A stretch of 64,000 nucleotides of DNA from Oikopleura dioica. Its lineage: Eukaryota; Animalia; Chordata. The notes beneath the pieces were generated by a model. That model was not told the origin of the DNA. It ran no database searches and saw only the letters and a program-made list of their open reading frames with translations. Positions 48,173 to 61,236 of this stretch are shown here, piece by piece. The stretch spans positions 16,937,208 to 17,001,207 of the forward strand of contig OU015568.1 of assembly GCA_907165135.1 (NCBI GenBank). Reading direction: 5' to 3'. A program made the position numbers and the translations under genes. Position 1 is the first letter of the stretch, and each line of letters opens with the position of its first letter.

Positions 48173-51100
48173 CTATTCATCTAGTAGAAGGTATTTTTTG
48201 CTGCATTTCGTTGGAAAGTCGACGGATAGGGATACCGTGTACTCTTTGTTGTTTTGTTTGAGCCGAAACGTTCTGAAAAGTGGGACTTCCGCGACTTTAT
48301 GCTTCGTTACTGCTTGTTCAACCGGATTGCGGAACATTCCGAATACTCTAACCGCAAACGTTCGAAGGATGCATTCCGCGTCATGAGCATTCCATCCTTT
48401 ATACCCGAGGTATGTAGTGAATTTGTTCGGAGTATTGTGGAGGAAAGTACAGTTTTCGATCTTCATAATCTCTGAAATGAAATTGTTTTAAGTTCAAAAT
48501 CAAAAAGGTAAAAATGTCACCTTTTTCGTATTTATGCATTTCTGCCGTTTCGAATTTGCTTCTTGCCTCTTCTAAAAATTGGTCTCCGCGGTTGGGGTTG
48601 CGATCGCTTGTCGCGTATTCTTCGACGAGTTTGAATAATTCGTCTTTCACGTCTTTGTTTGCTCTGCAGTCCGACCGCGTACAGAAAGGTATTTTACATC
48701 CTAAAATTACATTTATACATAGCTAAATTATGAGTTAAGTGAGCGTTAATGCTTGGTTTTTTGTTACCTTTTGTTGATCTTTTAATGAGGGTCACGGGAA
48801 ATATTTCTCCGAGATACTCTTCAAAGGTCGAATTTTCGTGGTGGAGATCGAGCACGAGCGCTTTAAGATGTCTTATCATGGTTATGATTTTTGATAATTC
48901 TGTTCATATTTTGATTAAAAGATAACCGATCCTGTAAAATTCTTTCTTTCCGAGTGTCTCTTCGTGAAAGCATTTGATGTTGTTATTCAGAAGTTTCTTT
49001 CTATAAAAGATATTTAAACTTTAGTTCTACTGTTAAAGTGATGAATCCTTCGATGTAATTACCTAAGATCGTGTGCTCGCGACATTATTTCGTTTTCCGG
49101 CTGATACAACCCGATAGTTGGGTTACCGTCTCTCATCCAATCCATGAATCTATTGTAAACCGCACGTGCTCCTTCTTCAGTTATGTTGTTGAGAAGAAAG
49201 GGATCTTCGCTCGGCGCAAGTTCTGCTGGAAGTGGCAGTTGTACGTCTTCAACTAAAGGAAGGTTTGCGTAGTCGTAGCCGCCTCTGTTGTACAACGGGT
49301 CCATTGCCGCGATAATCATTGTGTAATGATAAAACAACTTATTAAGGTTCGCTTATAACCATGTTATGATTGGTTAATTTGTTAAATTTATCTGTATTGA
49401 TTAGTTTGATGAACCTTTCCGTTATTTCATCCATGGAGATCGACGAAATATCAACGCTCACATCGCCTGAAGCCGGTATGTAATAAGCTCGGATATTGAA
49501 TTTTTCCAAGAGCGCGATGCATACTCCGACTTCGTCTGCGTAGTCTTTGAATTCTTGTGAGTTCTTGTCCGCATACTTTACGAGAGGTGACCACCACACT
49601 CGTGTGAATTTGCCCACAGTTGGGAAAATAGGGTGAAGTGATGCCTGCATTGTTTCCGCCAAATGATGTTTTCTAAATGAGCATGAATGTTTCCAAAAAG
49701 TTGTTCTGTTGTCCAGCATTCCGATTCCAAGTTTTTCTAATCTGTTGTGATCTGATTTGTGTTTAAATAAATAATGATTATTACCCGCAAAATAAATCTC
49801 TTGTTAATTAGCCGCGGCAAACTTAACATATTATTTAAACATTTCCTTGTCTTCGCCAGCATCGCGTTGAGGCATGTTCGAAAGCATATCGATGATTTCC
49901 GTGAAGTGCATTTCTGTACAATCGTTCGGCCATCGCTTTGAATGCTCCGATTCTATTTATTTTAAATAACTTGTTTTTATTTTTTGCATACCTTCCAATT
50001 ATGCCGAAACTGATTGCATTATTTGCGAAGTGGCATTTTCCCGATGTTTGACATTTGGCAGACATACAATGAGTGTTTTGGTAAGAAGCTCGTCCTAACA
50101 TTGCGTTCGACTCGCAGTATAAAACCGGGACGAATCTATTCCATAAGAATTGAGCAATTTCCGCGTCGTATCTTGTGTGTTTGTTTAGGTAATAGACAAA
50201 CATCACAATCTAAAATTTGTAAGCTAAAAAGTAGTTGATTGTAAAGCTTACATTTTTCGCATTTTGATAATCCTTTTTAGGATCTTCGTCTTCGCTTTCG
50301 ATATTGGAGATTATAACTGCGAAGTCCAGCTGCTCTCTCTCCCATGCCGAGTCGATTTCGTGGTGAAGTGCATTTTTTTCCCATAGTGCTGGAGCAACTC
50401 CTTTCACCGTCATTGGTTGTTTAAGCGCGTCAGCTTCTCTTGGATTTGCTCGAAGATATGTTTCAAGGGCTTGGGCGAAATGTTCAAACGTGACATCTTC
50501 TTGTTTCAGTAGATTCTTAATTCCGTCCGAGATTTCTCTTATTGAAGAGTAGAACACGCGGATGGCCGATTCGATATCTTGCGTAAGTGGTCCGCGAACA
50601 CCGTTGATCGTATGCTTGTCTGCCGCTTCAACTAGCTGTCCAATGTCGTAAAATATTCCGTGGAGGTATTTCGTAGCTACTGTTGTAGCTGTAGGTACCA
50701 TATGATCCTTCTCGTAGAGACTAAAAAAAAAATTGATAATACACTTTTCTTCGGCCGGAGGCCTATAGCTTACCGTTGACAGGCTTTTATAACAGTTCCA
50801 AGTCGCCCGTTTTTGAAAGGAACGTTCAAACTTGTAATTGGGTTGTCCGAAATATTCATGATCGATGCTGGTCCTGGTTCAATAACGCGTTGAAACCCTT
50901 ATTATGTTATTGTTGTAATTTTTCTTATGTTTACCTCTGTATTTATCGGTCGTCGGTCGGTCTCTTGTTCTTTCAGGCAATCTTCTTCCTGAGTTTATCG
51001 TGGTTCCATAGCGAATCGCATCGTTTTCTGAGCTATTCATGCTCGATCCACTTGAGTCGCTTGGTCCGCTTGAATCGCTTGATGCTATCATTGCAGCATT

Positions 51101-53705
51101 TAAGTCTACTCCGTCTTCTTGTAGATTAACACCCTCGGCTATACCGTCAAACGGGGGATTTTCTTGCTCGTCGTTGGGTGGTTGCTGCTCATTTTGGTTT
51201 TCGCTTGGTGGCAGGTTTTCGTTGTCTGCTGCTGGTTGGTCGATGTTCGCTGGTGGTTGTTCAATGTCAGCTGGTGGTTGTTCAACGTTAGCTGGTGGTT
51301 GTTCAACGTCAGCTGGTGGTTGGTCAATGTTCGCTGGTGGTTGTTCGTCGTTCGCTGGTGGTTGTTCGTCGTTCGGTGCCGATTGTCCTTCTTGGTTCTG
51401 GTGGTGATCCGATAAATTGTTTCCTATGTCGTTGGTGTTCGCATTTTCGTTGGCTTGTTCGGTATTTCTAGTTGTTCCGGTGGCGTTGTTTTGATTTTCG
51501 ACTTGGGTATTGCCACTGTTTTGGCCGTTTCCGTCGTCTTGAGTATTCGCCTGAAGGGGGTACGTGACCGATTCGTCGATAATAAGTGCGTCGTCGTCGC
51601 TATCCACTTGAGGTACTTGACTTTCACCGTCACTATCGTATTCCGCGTTATTGGCGAAGCCGATGTACGCTTCGATCGGCAAATCGTCAAGGTCTTCTTG
51701 TTGCCTTGTTTGATTAAAATCGTTTCGCGTCTCTGTGCTGGATCTTTTCGGCATTTTTGATGGATTAGCCGATTGTGATGCCGTTGATGCCACTATAAAT
51801 GCTTTTTATTTTTTTTATAAATTTATACTTTGATTACCTCTTTCCCTTTTTTTTGACCTTATTGTCAAATCAAGAGGTTGAAGTGACGGTACTCTGGAAT
51901 TCGTTGGCATCTGGAAATCAAACTGAGCCATTTGGTGCAAATGAACTGCAGGGTGACTTGTAGTCAGGCTCGTTGTTGGCTGTTGAGTTTGGGTGGTATT
52001 ATCTTCCGTTAGATCAACAACTGGTATAGCCGCACGTTTGTTTCGTCTTATGTCGGCTGGGCTTGGTTTGTCTTCGGCCGGAGTTACCGTGGAGGAGACT
52101 GCGCTTATTGTCGCTGCTGCTCCAATGTCGACAATTTGTTTCGTTTTACCGGAGTACGTTTTCCGCATAGTTGTAAGGAATGCTCCCAAACTTTTGCTGT
52201 AATCAGGGCCGTGTCTTTTCTTGACTTTCTCAATCAGATTTCTGAATGTCGAATAGCTTCTCGTGTTGAATTTTCTTCCATGGACGATAATTCCCGCTTT
52301 TCCGAGAGCATCCGCGACAGAATCTTTTGTGGATTAATAACAAGTGACAACCATTTATATGTATCATAATATTTAATAATCATTCCTGATGCCGTGTTAA
52401 GGTGCGTAATTAAGCACTCCCGCATTGGTGAATTTTGTCGACCATAAAAGGCGCCGAACGCAGTACCAAGGCAGGCTATATCTAGATCGCTTGGCTTCGT
52501 TTTCAATTGCGCGTGTACCAATCGCAACCCGTTGATGAGTTTCTTTGTTGCGCCGATTTTTTTGCTTTGGATCGCCGCATCAGCTCCGCGAATCGTGTCT
52601 CGAAGTCTTAAATTTTGTCATTTTATTTTTATTGGTATTTAATTGCTAATTTTTCAACACTTACATTTTTTCAAGATTTGTTGATCGCAGAATTTCATTG
52701 ATTTTAGCCGTCTCATTCGGCTTAATGCAGCACATTGCGAGCATGAAGTCGAGAAATGCATTAATCGCCAAGTACTGGTTGTCCCGGATCACTTTGACTT
52801 TTTCCGCGGACAGTTTGCTCGGTGTCATTGCAAGCAAATTCCGCGTGTACATCGACGTCGAATAAGTCACGGCCTCCGTTGTGTAAGAGTTAAGCAGAGC
52901 GATGAGTACTCGACTTCCTTCATTTACTTTTTGATGTTACCAAATATTTTTTACACACCCGAGTGATTAGTGCCTCGTTTTCCTTTTGGGATAAGTGGTT
53001 TGATTTTGATTATTCTAGATTCAATTCTAACAATTCCTTGGATGCTTTTCATCTCCTCGCTGTCAGTGTTGATGATTGCCGCCTCTTTTGTAACCGTTAC
53101 AAAAAACTGAATAAAACTTTTATTTGATTTATATATTAATGTTGTCCTGACCTTTTTAATAATGAGAATGAACTCATATGTTCCCGCGTATTGGACATGT
53201 GGTTTAGCTGTTTTACGAGCTGCTGAGTAGACCGGCAATTGATCAAGTTCATCAAGGCGCCGTTGGTTTTCAGCTTCATTTACAGAAAAAACCGTTCTGA
53301 GAATCTCTTCACTTTCCTTCGACCGCGTTACTCGTTGATCAGCTGCCGAGAATCGTTGAAATCCTGTTGCCGAAACTAATGGCAGGCTTCTTTATATTAA
53401 ACAAATCGTTCTTGTATCACTATTATTTTAAAACATAATTTTGTTTATTTGAAATTGTTTAATTTTCCTTCTTTTTTCATTAGCCTTGTTGATTCCATTG
53501 TTTGATGGTTCAGGGTTGCTTTGTGCCGCGTCCTAATTGTAATTTTGTGCTCTAATTTAATAAATTTTGTTTTACCTTTCCGTGTCCGGCCAGAATTTCT
53601 GCGTAGGTTCTTGCCATGGTAAAGAATTCGCAAACGTGTGTCTGCGTCGTGTCCAGAAGTTGAACTGATTTCACTTTCATTAAATTCCCAATATCGAAAA
53701 CACAT
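48173..53705 (-). CDS. Large orphan multi-exon protein with SIM-like (VVDLT) and CtBP-type (PLDLT) motifs and an acidic heptapeptide repeat
   Basis: In-frame splices: KKRERG|VASTAS, ACQR|LYEKDHMVPT, and a GA-AG intron 52324-52385 restoring SG|DSVADALG. VVDLT at 52007-52021, PLDLT at 51863-51877. A possible lesion near 53290 is unresolved. Confidence 0.55.
51178..51375 (-). repeat. 21-bp coding tandem repeat (N/D-x-E/D-QPPA)
   Basis: NDEQPPA NDEQPPA NIDQPPA DVEQPPA NVEQPPA DIEQPPA NIDQPAA in ORF 50879-51793. Confidence 0.9.
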
Positions 53706-54120
53706 TCTAGAAACTTTTCTATTACTGTCGAGTTCTCACAATTTGGCTTCTTTGTTAATTTTTCTGCTTTTTTTTCTTGTTACCTTACACTATGTTAATT
53801 TCTTCTTATGTAATATACGAACTAGAGCTGTAGTTTCAATTTTGTGTCGCTATTTTTAATATTATTTTTTTCAATTGCTATTTACACCCCTTTTACATGT
53901 AAAAATGCCTTTTTTTCTCGTTTAAACTTTATTTTTTAATTTTTTTTTTATTATTTCCAATAAATCGCCTAGTTCTCAAATAATTGGCAATTGAATTTTT
54001 TTTATTTATCTAATTAATTTAGTTTAATATGAAATTTATTGAATTTTTTTTAAAAATTTTTTTACGATTAGCTTAAATCAGTTTTCTAGAATTCATTTGA
54101 ATATATTGTTTTTCTTTTTA

Positions 54121-57100
54121 TTACAATCTCGATTTACTTCGCTGTCCGTACAGGCAGCGAACAAATCCCGAAATAATAAGTAACTGCGTTTCATTGTAAT
54201 TCCACTTCTTCATTCTCGCAATGAATCGCAAATTGGACATATTCGCAGGGAAGTTTTTGCTCGCGTCTTTCAAGTTTTGCGCGATCTCCGTTATTTTTTC
54301 TGCTTTATGTCACAACTAAGTCTTTGTTGTTATTCGAATTATTGCTGATTACATTATTAATTCTGACATTCCTGCTGTCAAATCGCCGAGACCAAAATCT
54401 TCCAGCTGTATGGGTTTACCACATGCTATGACTTCCGACATGATGCCGGCGATTCGGTCGTGCGTGGCGTGTTCTTTCAGCGCGATTTGCTCGATGGTTT
54501 CTCCATCAAGGTAGCGTTTGTAAATCATCCAGCTGCGCAATCGCAGTTCTTCGTGAGCTTTATTCAGATTTTAACTAGTCGGCTGGTTTTTACTTACGTT
54601 TTTTTTGCGCCCAGGTTTTTGGTGGGTTTTTCATCATTTCATAGGTAGCGTCTTCTTCCTCGTAGATTTGTCTATCTACCTCAAGCTCTGGGCAAAGATT
54701 CTTGTATTTTGCTGTGTTCAGATAGAAACTCTGGTACATTTTGGCCGCCGCTGCTGTCATTCTTGGAATTTTACACACTAAATAAGTTTTATTTTTTTTT
54801 CTTCTAGGGACGCTACTTGATTCTTCCGTTGTGGGCCGCCATAATATAACTCGTTCCAATAGCTCTCTGCTGAAAGGAAGTTGCGGCTTTTTACGATCTT
54901 TGTATTGCTGCGTCACATCCTCCATAATTGCGTACATCATCTTTCGATATGATCTTTCATACGCGTCCTCCTTTTTTTTCTGTGGCTCTTCAGCTCTGAA
55001 GATTTCTATCTTGCCGAACACTGCGTTCTCTTCTTCCTTCTGTGCCTTCAGTTCGCCTTCTGTTTCCATGATACAGTCGCGGCTTCCTTTAGAAATTATT
55101 CTTGGCGTTTTCATCTCAGTTGTCAGCACTTTTTGTATTTGTTATAAGCAGTTTCAAGATTGACTTACCCGTGATGAATTTTTTTTTGGGCGACTGCATA
55201 AAATCGTACCCCTTTAGCGACACAACCATTCGAATCGCTCCTTCTCCATCATAATGCCGAAGATTGAGGTAGTCATTAATGATGAGCGCCCTTGTAACCG
55301 CATAAAAGTGTTTTTTCTATAAAGTCGGTTTATCAAGTTAACTTTTTTTAGACATACCGGTTTCATTTTCTTTAGGACATTAGCCATTGTTGCTTTTTCC
55401 TTGCAATCAATAACCGCCTCCATTATGATTATTGCGTCGTTTCTGAGAGAAACATAGTGTTTCAACTCAGCTTTATATTCTTATCAAGGATAAAATAGCT
55501 CGATTCTTTATTTTGGTATTTTATGTTAATTCTTCATTATCTATATTCCCTTTACTTTGTTCCGCGACAATTCTTCATTCTCCCGACGGCAATGATCGCA
55601 GCAGTTTGGAAGGCCCGTTGTTTCAGACTCTTCTCCTCTATTGAATGTCGCCAGTAGGGTTTCTCGGAGACAACCTCGCTGTTTCAATGCGTATTCGCAA
55701 TGAAATAATTCCAAGTATTTTTGTATCTTCTCTTCCGTTCTAGGTTGTCTACTCGCGGTTGACTTGTGAAAAGAAGTAAGCTCATCATTCATAAATATGA
55801 TCGTTTGAGATTGTTCTCCGTTTCGTCCGCATCGTCCGCTCATTTGACTGAGCGATGAGAGTGATAAAGGTGTTCCCCAAAGAACTGAATTTTAAATTTG
55901 GTTTTAGGTGAATATGTTTACCCGTCTTTCGCAATGTCCGATCATCATGACCCATGCCGAACGCAACGGTTGCGATTATCGCGTCAAGTTTGCCTTGCGT
56001 GAAATCTTTGACCGTTTGCCTTCTTTGTGCATCATTTACCCGCGGCGCATTCTTTGCAGAATCATTCTTCGACGATCTTAAAGAAAAATAAAACAAAATT
56101 AATAATTTATATAGTACCCGAAGTATTTTCCGAATCTTTGCATGTCGAAAAATCGGCTAAGATTATCGTATAGAAATTCGCCTTCATTTCTCACATTGAT
56201 GTATATGAGAACTCGTTCCTTTAGCCGATAGAGCTGTCGGTTGCTGAATTACCGTTTTGTAAGAATTTATCGTTATATTATACTTGATTATTTTGTCGGG
56301 TTTAACAAGTCCAGCTCTCTTCAAATCATTAAACAAGGCCTCTGCCGATGCTTGTTTTGAGTTGTTTCTTGCCGCATTTGTCTTCGTTAGAATTCTGTAG
56401 TAGATATTCTTTCGGTCAGTTGCGCCTTTTATTATCTTGGGCTAAATTATTTTATTTATTTGCTTCAACTCAAGTTTATCTTACTTGTGTCATCCGCAAT
56501 GTCTTCTTGATCCCTCTTTCGACGTGTTTTGTAGCTGTGGCAGTACACGCTAGAAATGGTGCACTCGCTATTTCTCTAGCAAAACCGAGAAATTTCATCT
56601 CAGTTCTGAACGAGCTCCACTCAATGCATGTATGCACTAAATAAAGTTAATGTTAATTACTGTCCCGAAGAGTAGATTTACCCTCGTCAAAGATAGCCGC
56701 TTTCATGGGGTGATGTTCGTTGAGAAGCTGGAGCACAAGATGGTTTTTGTTCAAGCTTTCAGGAGATGCAAAGATGACGCGATAGTTTCGTAGCCTCTTC
56801 CACTCTTTTATGGCCGCCCATTCAAGAAAATTTGTGTCTCTCAATTTAGTTTGGCTGATTCCAGAGTGATCCAGAAACGTCATCATGTCTTCGCGAATGT
56901 TGTTAACCGGAAGAACAATCAACGTATATCCTGTTTGTTGCAGAGCCGCGTAGGTGAGAAATACTGCAGATTTTCCGCTTCCTGTGCACTGTACTATCAA
57001 AGTATCTTTTCCCGCACCCAATGCTTCGATCGCTTCATACTGCCAGCTCCGCATATTTTGGTGGCCCATCACTTCTTTAAATGTTTTCTTGACGATTTTG

Positions 57101-57183
57101 TATTGTTCTTCTGCGGTTAATAATGGATCCCCGAAAAAAACTTCTGGAGCTTCGTTCGACTCATTCGACCGATTTTCGTTCAT
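54121..57183 (-). CDS. WRN-like RecQ helicase (helicase core, Zn/RQC, HRDC-like, C-terminal HTH; no exonuclease domain)
   Basis: GHQNMRSWQYEAI, QCTGSGKS, ASPE, DE|VHTCIEWSSFR, ACTATAT, VLIYINVR, IIATVAFGMG, QMSGRCGRNG, CLRETLLATF...CCDHC, RALIINDYL...SLKG, RPTT, YLDGETIEQIA...GKPIQLEDFGL. The exons I could trace splice in frame. Confidence 0.85.
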
Positions 57184-57256
57184 TCTTAATGTGAAAATGA
57201 TTTTATAATTTGTTTCCAATCAATCAGTCATTCTGTCAATGTTCTCTCCAATTCCA

Positions 57257-60200
57257 TCAATTTCTTTCTCGATTTTTCCTGAAAAGAACAAATAAACTTT
57301 TGTTGACTTCAATTTTACTACCTTTACACTCTTGAATTGTTTTTTTCAAATCAATCAGTTCGCGGGACCTTCTATTTTTTTCCTTCTCTAATAATTCGAC
57401 GTTTTTTCTTGTTTCCCGCAACTTCAGTGCATCTACTTGATGTTGAAATTTTCTTTTTACATTTGAACTTTCAAACCTCTTTTCATTTGTGCTCTTACCC
57501 CTTCGAACCAGCCTGGCGCGTTCACGTAATTGTTCGCCGCGACTTTTTTGCACGATGGACACTCTCCAGTTGTCTTGGAAAAATCATCCGAGCATTCTTA
57601 TATTCTTTGATTTTTTATTTATACTTCCTTTTACCTTTGCATAAAATCGTGAAGCATTTTTTGCAAGTTTTTGAGCCCTTGTTAGGGTAGATCTCACAAA
57701 TACCGCATAGGAAGAAAGAATTTTTCTTGCATGTTTTTGTTGACCGAGACATTTTAGAACGCCAAGATGAAAACCGAGACAATCTTAATTATTTTCTGAA
57801 TAGCATAGTTTTTAAATAAATTGGTTTTGATTAATAAAATCAGAGATTTCACAATTCAACGCGTCTAATTCACTTTTTCGGCTCGATTTCGGGTTGGTTG
57901 GTCTTCCATCAAGCCTTTTTGATTGCTGAAAGAAATCGGTTGGATGCCGCACAACAATTTTCCTGGATTTTCTCTCATTCTCCGTAAGTCCTCGTCGTTT
58001 TGCAAGATAATATGCACAGACGCGTTGAGGACCGCCATTCTGCTGAAAGAAATCCACTGTTCCCCAATCTACCAAATGAATGTCTTCAATATCTAGTCAA
58101 GAGGTAATATAATGTTTTTTTTTTGTTTCAATAACCTTTTATTGTCGTGTTGTTAGCAAATGGACATTGAAGTCTGCTGTCGTGCTCCTTCATTTTCGAT
58201 ACGCATCCATAAGCATTCTACTTTTTTGTTTGAGCTTGTATATTATTAATTATTACCATTGAATGCTCGTTACTGGAAATCCAATTTAATAGATGTTTAT
58301 CACGTTTTTTTTCATTTTTTGTTGCTCTCTCAAAGATTTGGTTGTAAAGAGCGTTTACTTTTTCCCCTGGTAAACTTATTAAGTATCATGAACTGTTCTT
58401 TTATAATGCATGTTGAACACATTTAATACTTTCCCAATGTTCTTCGCGAAGGAAAACAGATGTAATTTCATTAAATTTGTGGATAATGAAGGATCGCTTA
58501 TGATTGAGTCGATTAGCCGTACTGCGCTATGAATTGGTTAAATATGAGACTTTTTGTCTATTTACCATGGAGGGAAGTTTTTTTTAAGAATAAAGAAATT
58601 ATTTTCGTTGATGTTTTGATTAAATTCCTCCTCTGTAAAGAAGACAGTCATTAACATTTCAGCAGCTTCGTATATTTCTTTTGAAAAGTAACCTTCCGCA
58701 ACAGTTATTTCTTGAGGGGCAATCTTCCGTTCAAACAAAACTTTTGCATAAACCGTAAGCTCTTTCTCGGTGACGACAAATTTTTCTTTTTTAATTCTTA
58801 CTGCGAAAAGGTTAAATCGGAAGGTAAATCAAAACTTATGAATTTTAACCTATCCTGCGGGAACGTTCCAATCTGAAATTTCACTTTTCTTGATACTGAT
58901 CTCGTAGAGACTGTTCATATGTCTTGTTTGGGTTAGCCCTTGCGGATTTATCTTATTTTGGAAATCTAATTTATTTAAGAAAATAGCTGAGGTTTCCCGC
59001 GGATCTCAATAGCAAACGTTAACCCGAATGACCATGGATTTTTTGAATTTCTGATATAGCTTTCTTGTTGGCGTTGATATCATGCTTCTTGATTTCTCCG
59101 TCGAGATAATGAATAATTTTAATTTTTTCTTCTTTCTTTAGATTAGTTATGCGAAAACCGAAGAGGCAGACTTCCGCGGCGATATATTTCTTAATATGAG
59201 TTATTTAGCAGAAGAATTGATTCTATGATTTTGACCTTTTTGATTTCTTCTTTTAATATCTTTTTTGTTCCTCGAAGTAGCCAATGGACATATCCGTCTA
59301 CCATTAACGCATGATTATCTTTCTTGTTGGATGTTTTAAATAATTGGTTAAATTATTTTCACAAATTAATCGAAACACCTTCCGATAGACACCATAAATC
59401 TTGTTTATTTATCTCCAGAATTGATCGGGTATATTCATATTTTTCTTCATCTGGGGATGTTGACAGATGGTCGCACGACTCTTTGATTCTTTTAATTTTT
59501 TTTTCAATTTTCTTTTTACCGCATATAATTTTCATAATTTCCAGACGATCCGATGAGTATTTCAGAAGATCTTTTTCTTTTATATAAATTTCAAATTTAT
59601 GATAATTAAAATCAGCGATAGATAGAGTAAACACTTGTTTGATGAAAATGATGCGGTCAGTATTTGAAAACACTGTACCAAACGCCCTCCCCCCCCCCGA
59701 GCTCGCAAGAAATCTCGGAGTCGGCCATCGCGCCCGCACGCGGAAAATGTCGCTTGAATATGGACTAAAATGTTTACTCTGTATCTGGCTCGCATAATTT
59801 ACTTTTGGCTTAAGGAATTAAGGAATTTAAAATGGAAATAATTGAGCCTTCCCTACGTAAAGATGATTTTCTTGATAGACATTTTCAAAGTCAATTTTTT
59901 GCCGCGATAAGTGTTGGTTCAAGTATGGATACGCTGAGCAAAGATCATAATCGGACATTCTAAATTGCAAATTTCTATTAAGCTTTATATTTAAGACACA
60001 TCTGTCTTCAGTGTAGGTAGTGTCTCCATGGGAAACTGAAAGTCCGGATAGTCTTCCCTGAATTTAAGAATCTTGACAAGTCTTGCGCTTGCCAACGTGG
60101 GCGCCTCCGATCCGATGAATTGAATGTCACTCCCAAAACAAGCTAGATATACTTTGATAAAATGAAATATGAATAAGCAACTTGCCTAGAAAGTTCCCGA

Positions 60201-60617
60201 AAATCAAGTCCCCATAATGATTCCCAGGTTTGATTGCCCACTCTTCGATGTTTGCTTTTGATAATGGATGTTTGTTCACCTTCCATCCTAAATAAAAAAG
60301 TAAATAACCATATATATAAAAAAAAACAACAAGGTAGGGTTTTCGTCGGCCGGCAGGCCTTACCGTATCCTAGTATGTTTCTTTTGTTGTCTTTTTCGTT
60401 TGTGCTGACCACTGCTGCAAATTTGATTTTTTCCGCGAGATCGTTTTTGTTCGCATCTGATTTCATTGCAAGTGTGTTTTTTTGTTGTTCTACCTGTAAA
60501 ATTATTCCACACAAAAAGAACTAGTTTACAATTATCCTTTTTTATGAGGATTTTTTTTTCAATGCTATATGTTTCGATAATTTTTGTTTTCATCTGTTCG
60601 AACCTATTGTAATTCAT
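57257..60617 (-). CDS. Several orphan multi-exon genes
   Basis: Coding-like exons (coiled-coil 57257-57562; FFQQ-repeat ORF 57812-58075; ILGY|GWKVNKHP...GNFL|VYLACFG...) separated by short introns; models incomplete. Confidence 0.35.
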
Positions 60618-60716
60618 AAGTGCATTCTTAATTTATTTTTATAAATTTATGGCAGTAAATAATGCACAATTTGCAGGCGAGCAATGGGGAGGGGTACGTT
60701 ATTGATTGAATTGACG

Positions 60717-61236
60717 TCAGTTCTCTTCGTTGATGTCGTCGATGTCACTGTCCTATTGAGAGTTTTATTTTTAATTCTTTTTTTTTTACCGATTCGTTGT
60801 CGTTCTTGAAGAAGTCATCCCTCTCTTGATTGATTTCATGCAATCTTTCCTGTCGTTTTTTAAGTGCTTCTTTTGCTGTCATCTGATTTGGGAAATACGG
60901 ACCGAAAAGTTCTGGGTTTTTGCTTTCCTCTATGATTGCTGTGCGCGCATCGTCATATTCATAGACTACATAGTGTATTTAATTTGATTTGATTTTATGA
61001 AACCTGTTTTGTCATCTCGATGCGTTGCCATCCTTTTGGCTAGTATTCTGATGAAGTGTGTACTTGCTTTTGATTGTTTTATCATTTTTATTGTAGTGTA
61101 TTATTGTAATTATATGATTTAACTTTCCTATTGCCATGGCCTCCTTTGAATCTTGTCCGTAATTCATCACGTGATTCGCCATTTTCATTATCTTCTCCGT
61201 GCTCGTTACTGAGATTCTCGTTTGAGATTTTTCCAT
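60717..61236 (-). CDS. Histone-fold protein, CHRAC1/POLE4 (H2A-like, NF-YC class)-like
   Basis: Spliced product MEKSQTRISVTSTEKIMKMANHVMNYGQDSKEAMAI|ASTHFIRILAKRMATHRDDKT|VYEYDDARTAIIEESKNPELFGPYFPNQMTAKEALKK...DNES|DSDIDDINEEN* aligns by eye with CHRAC1, including the acidic tail. It requires a GA-AG intron at 61067-61127. Confidence 0.68.

Noticed and set aside
52068-52084. Fifth copy of the GGCC intronic motif (GTCTTCGGCCGGAG)
   Set aside because: It lies within coding sequence (TPAEDK) and lacks the second GGCC arm; probably chance.
54121-57183. Assigning the RecQ gene and the outer block to AcademH transposons
   Set aside because: No Academ-type transposase or termini were recognised and the C-terminal domains look WRN-like; kept only as an alternative to test.
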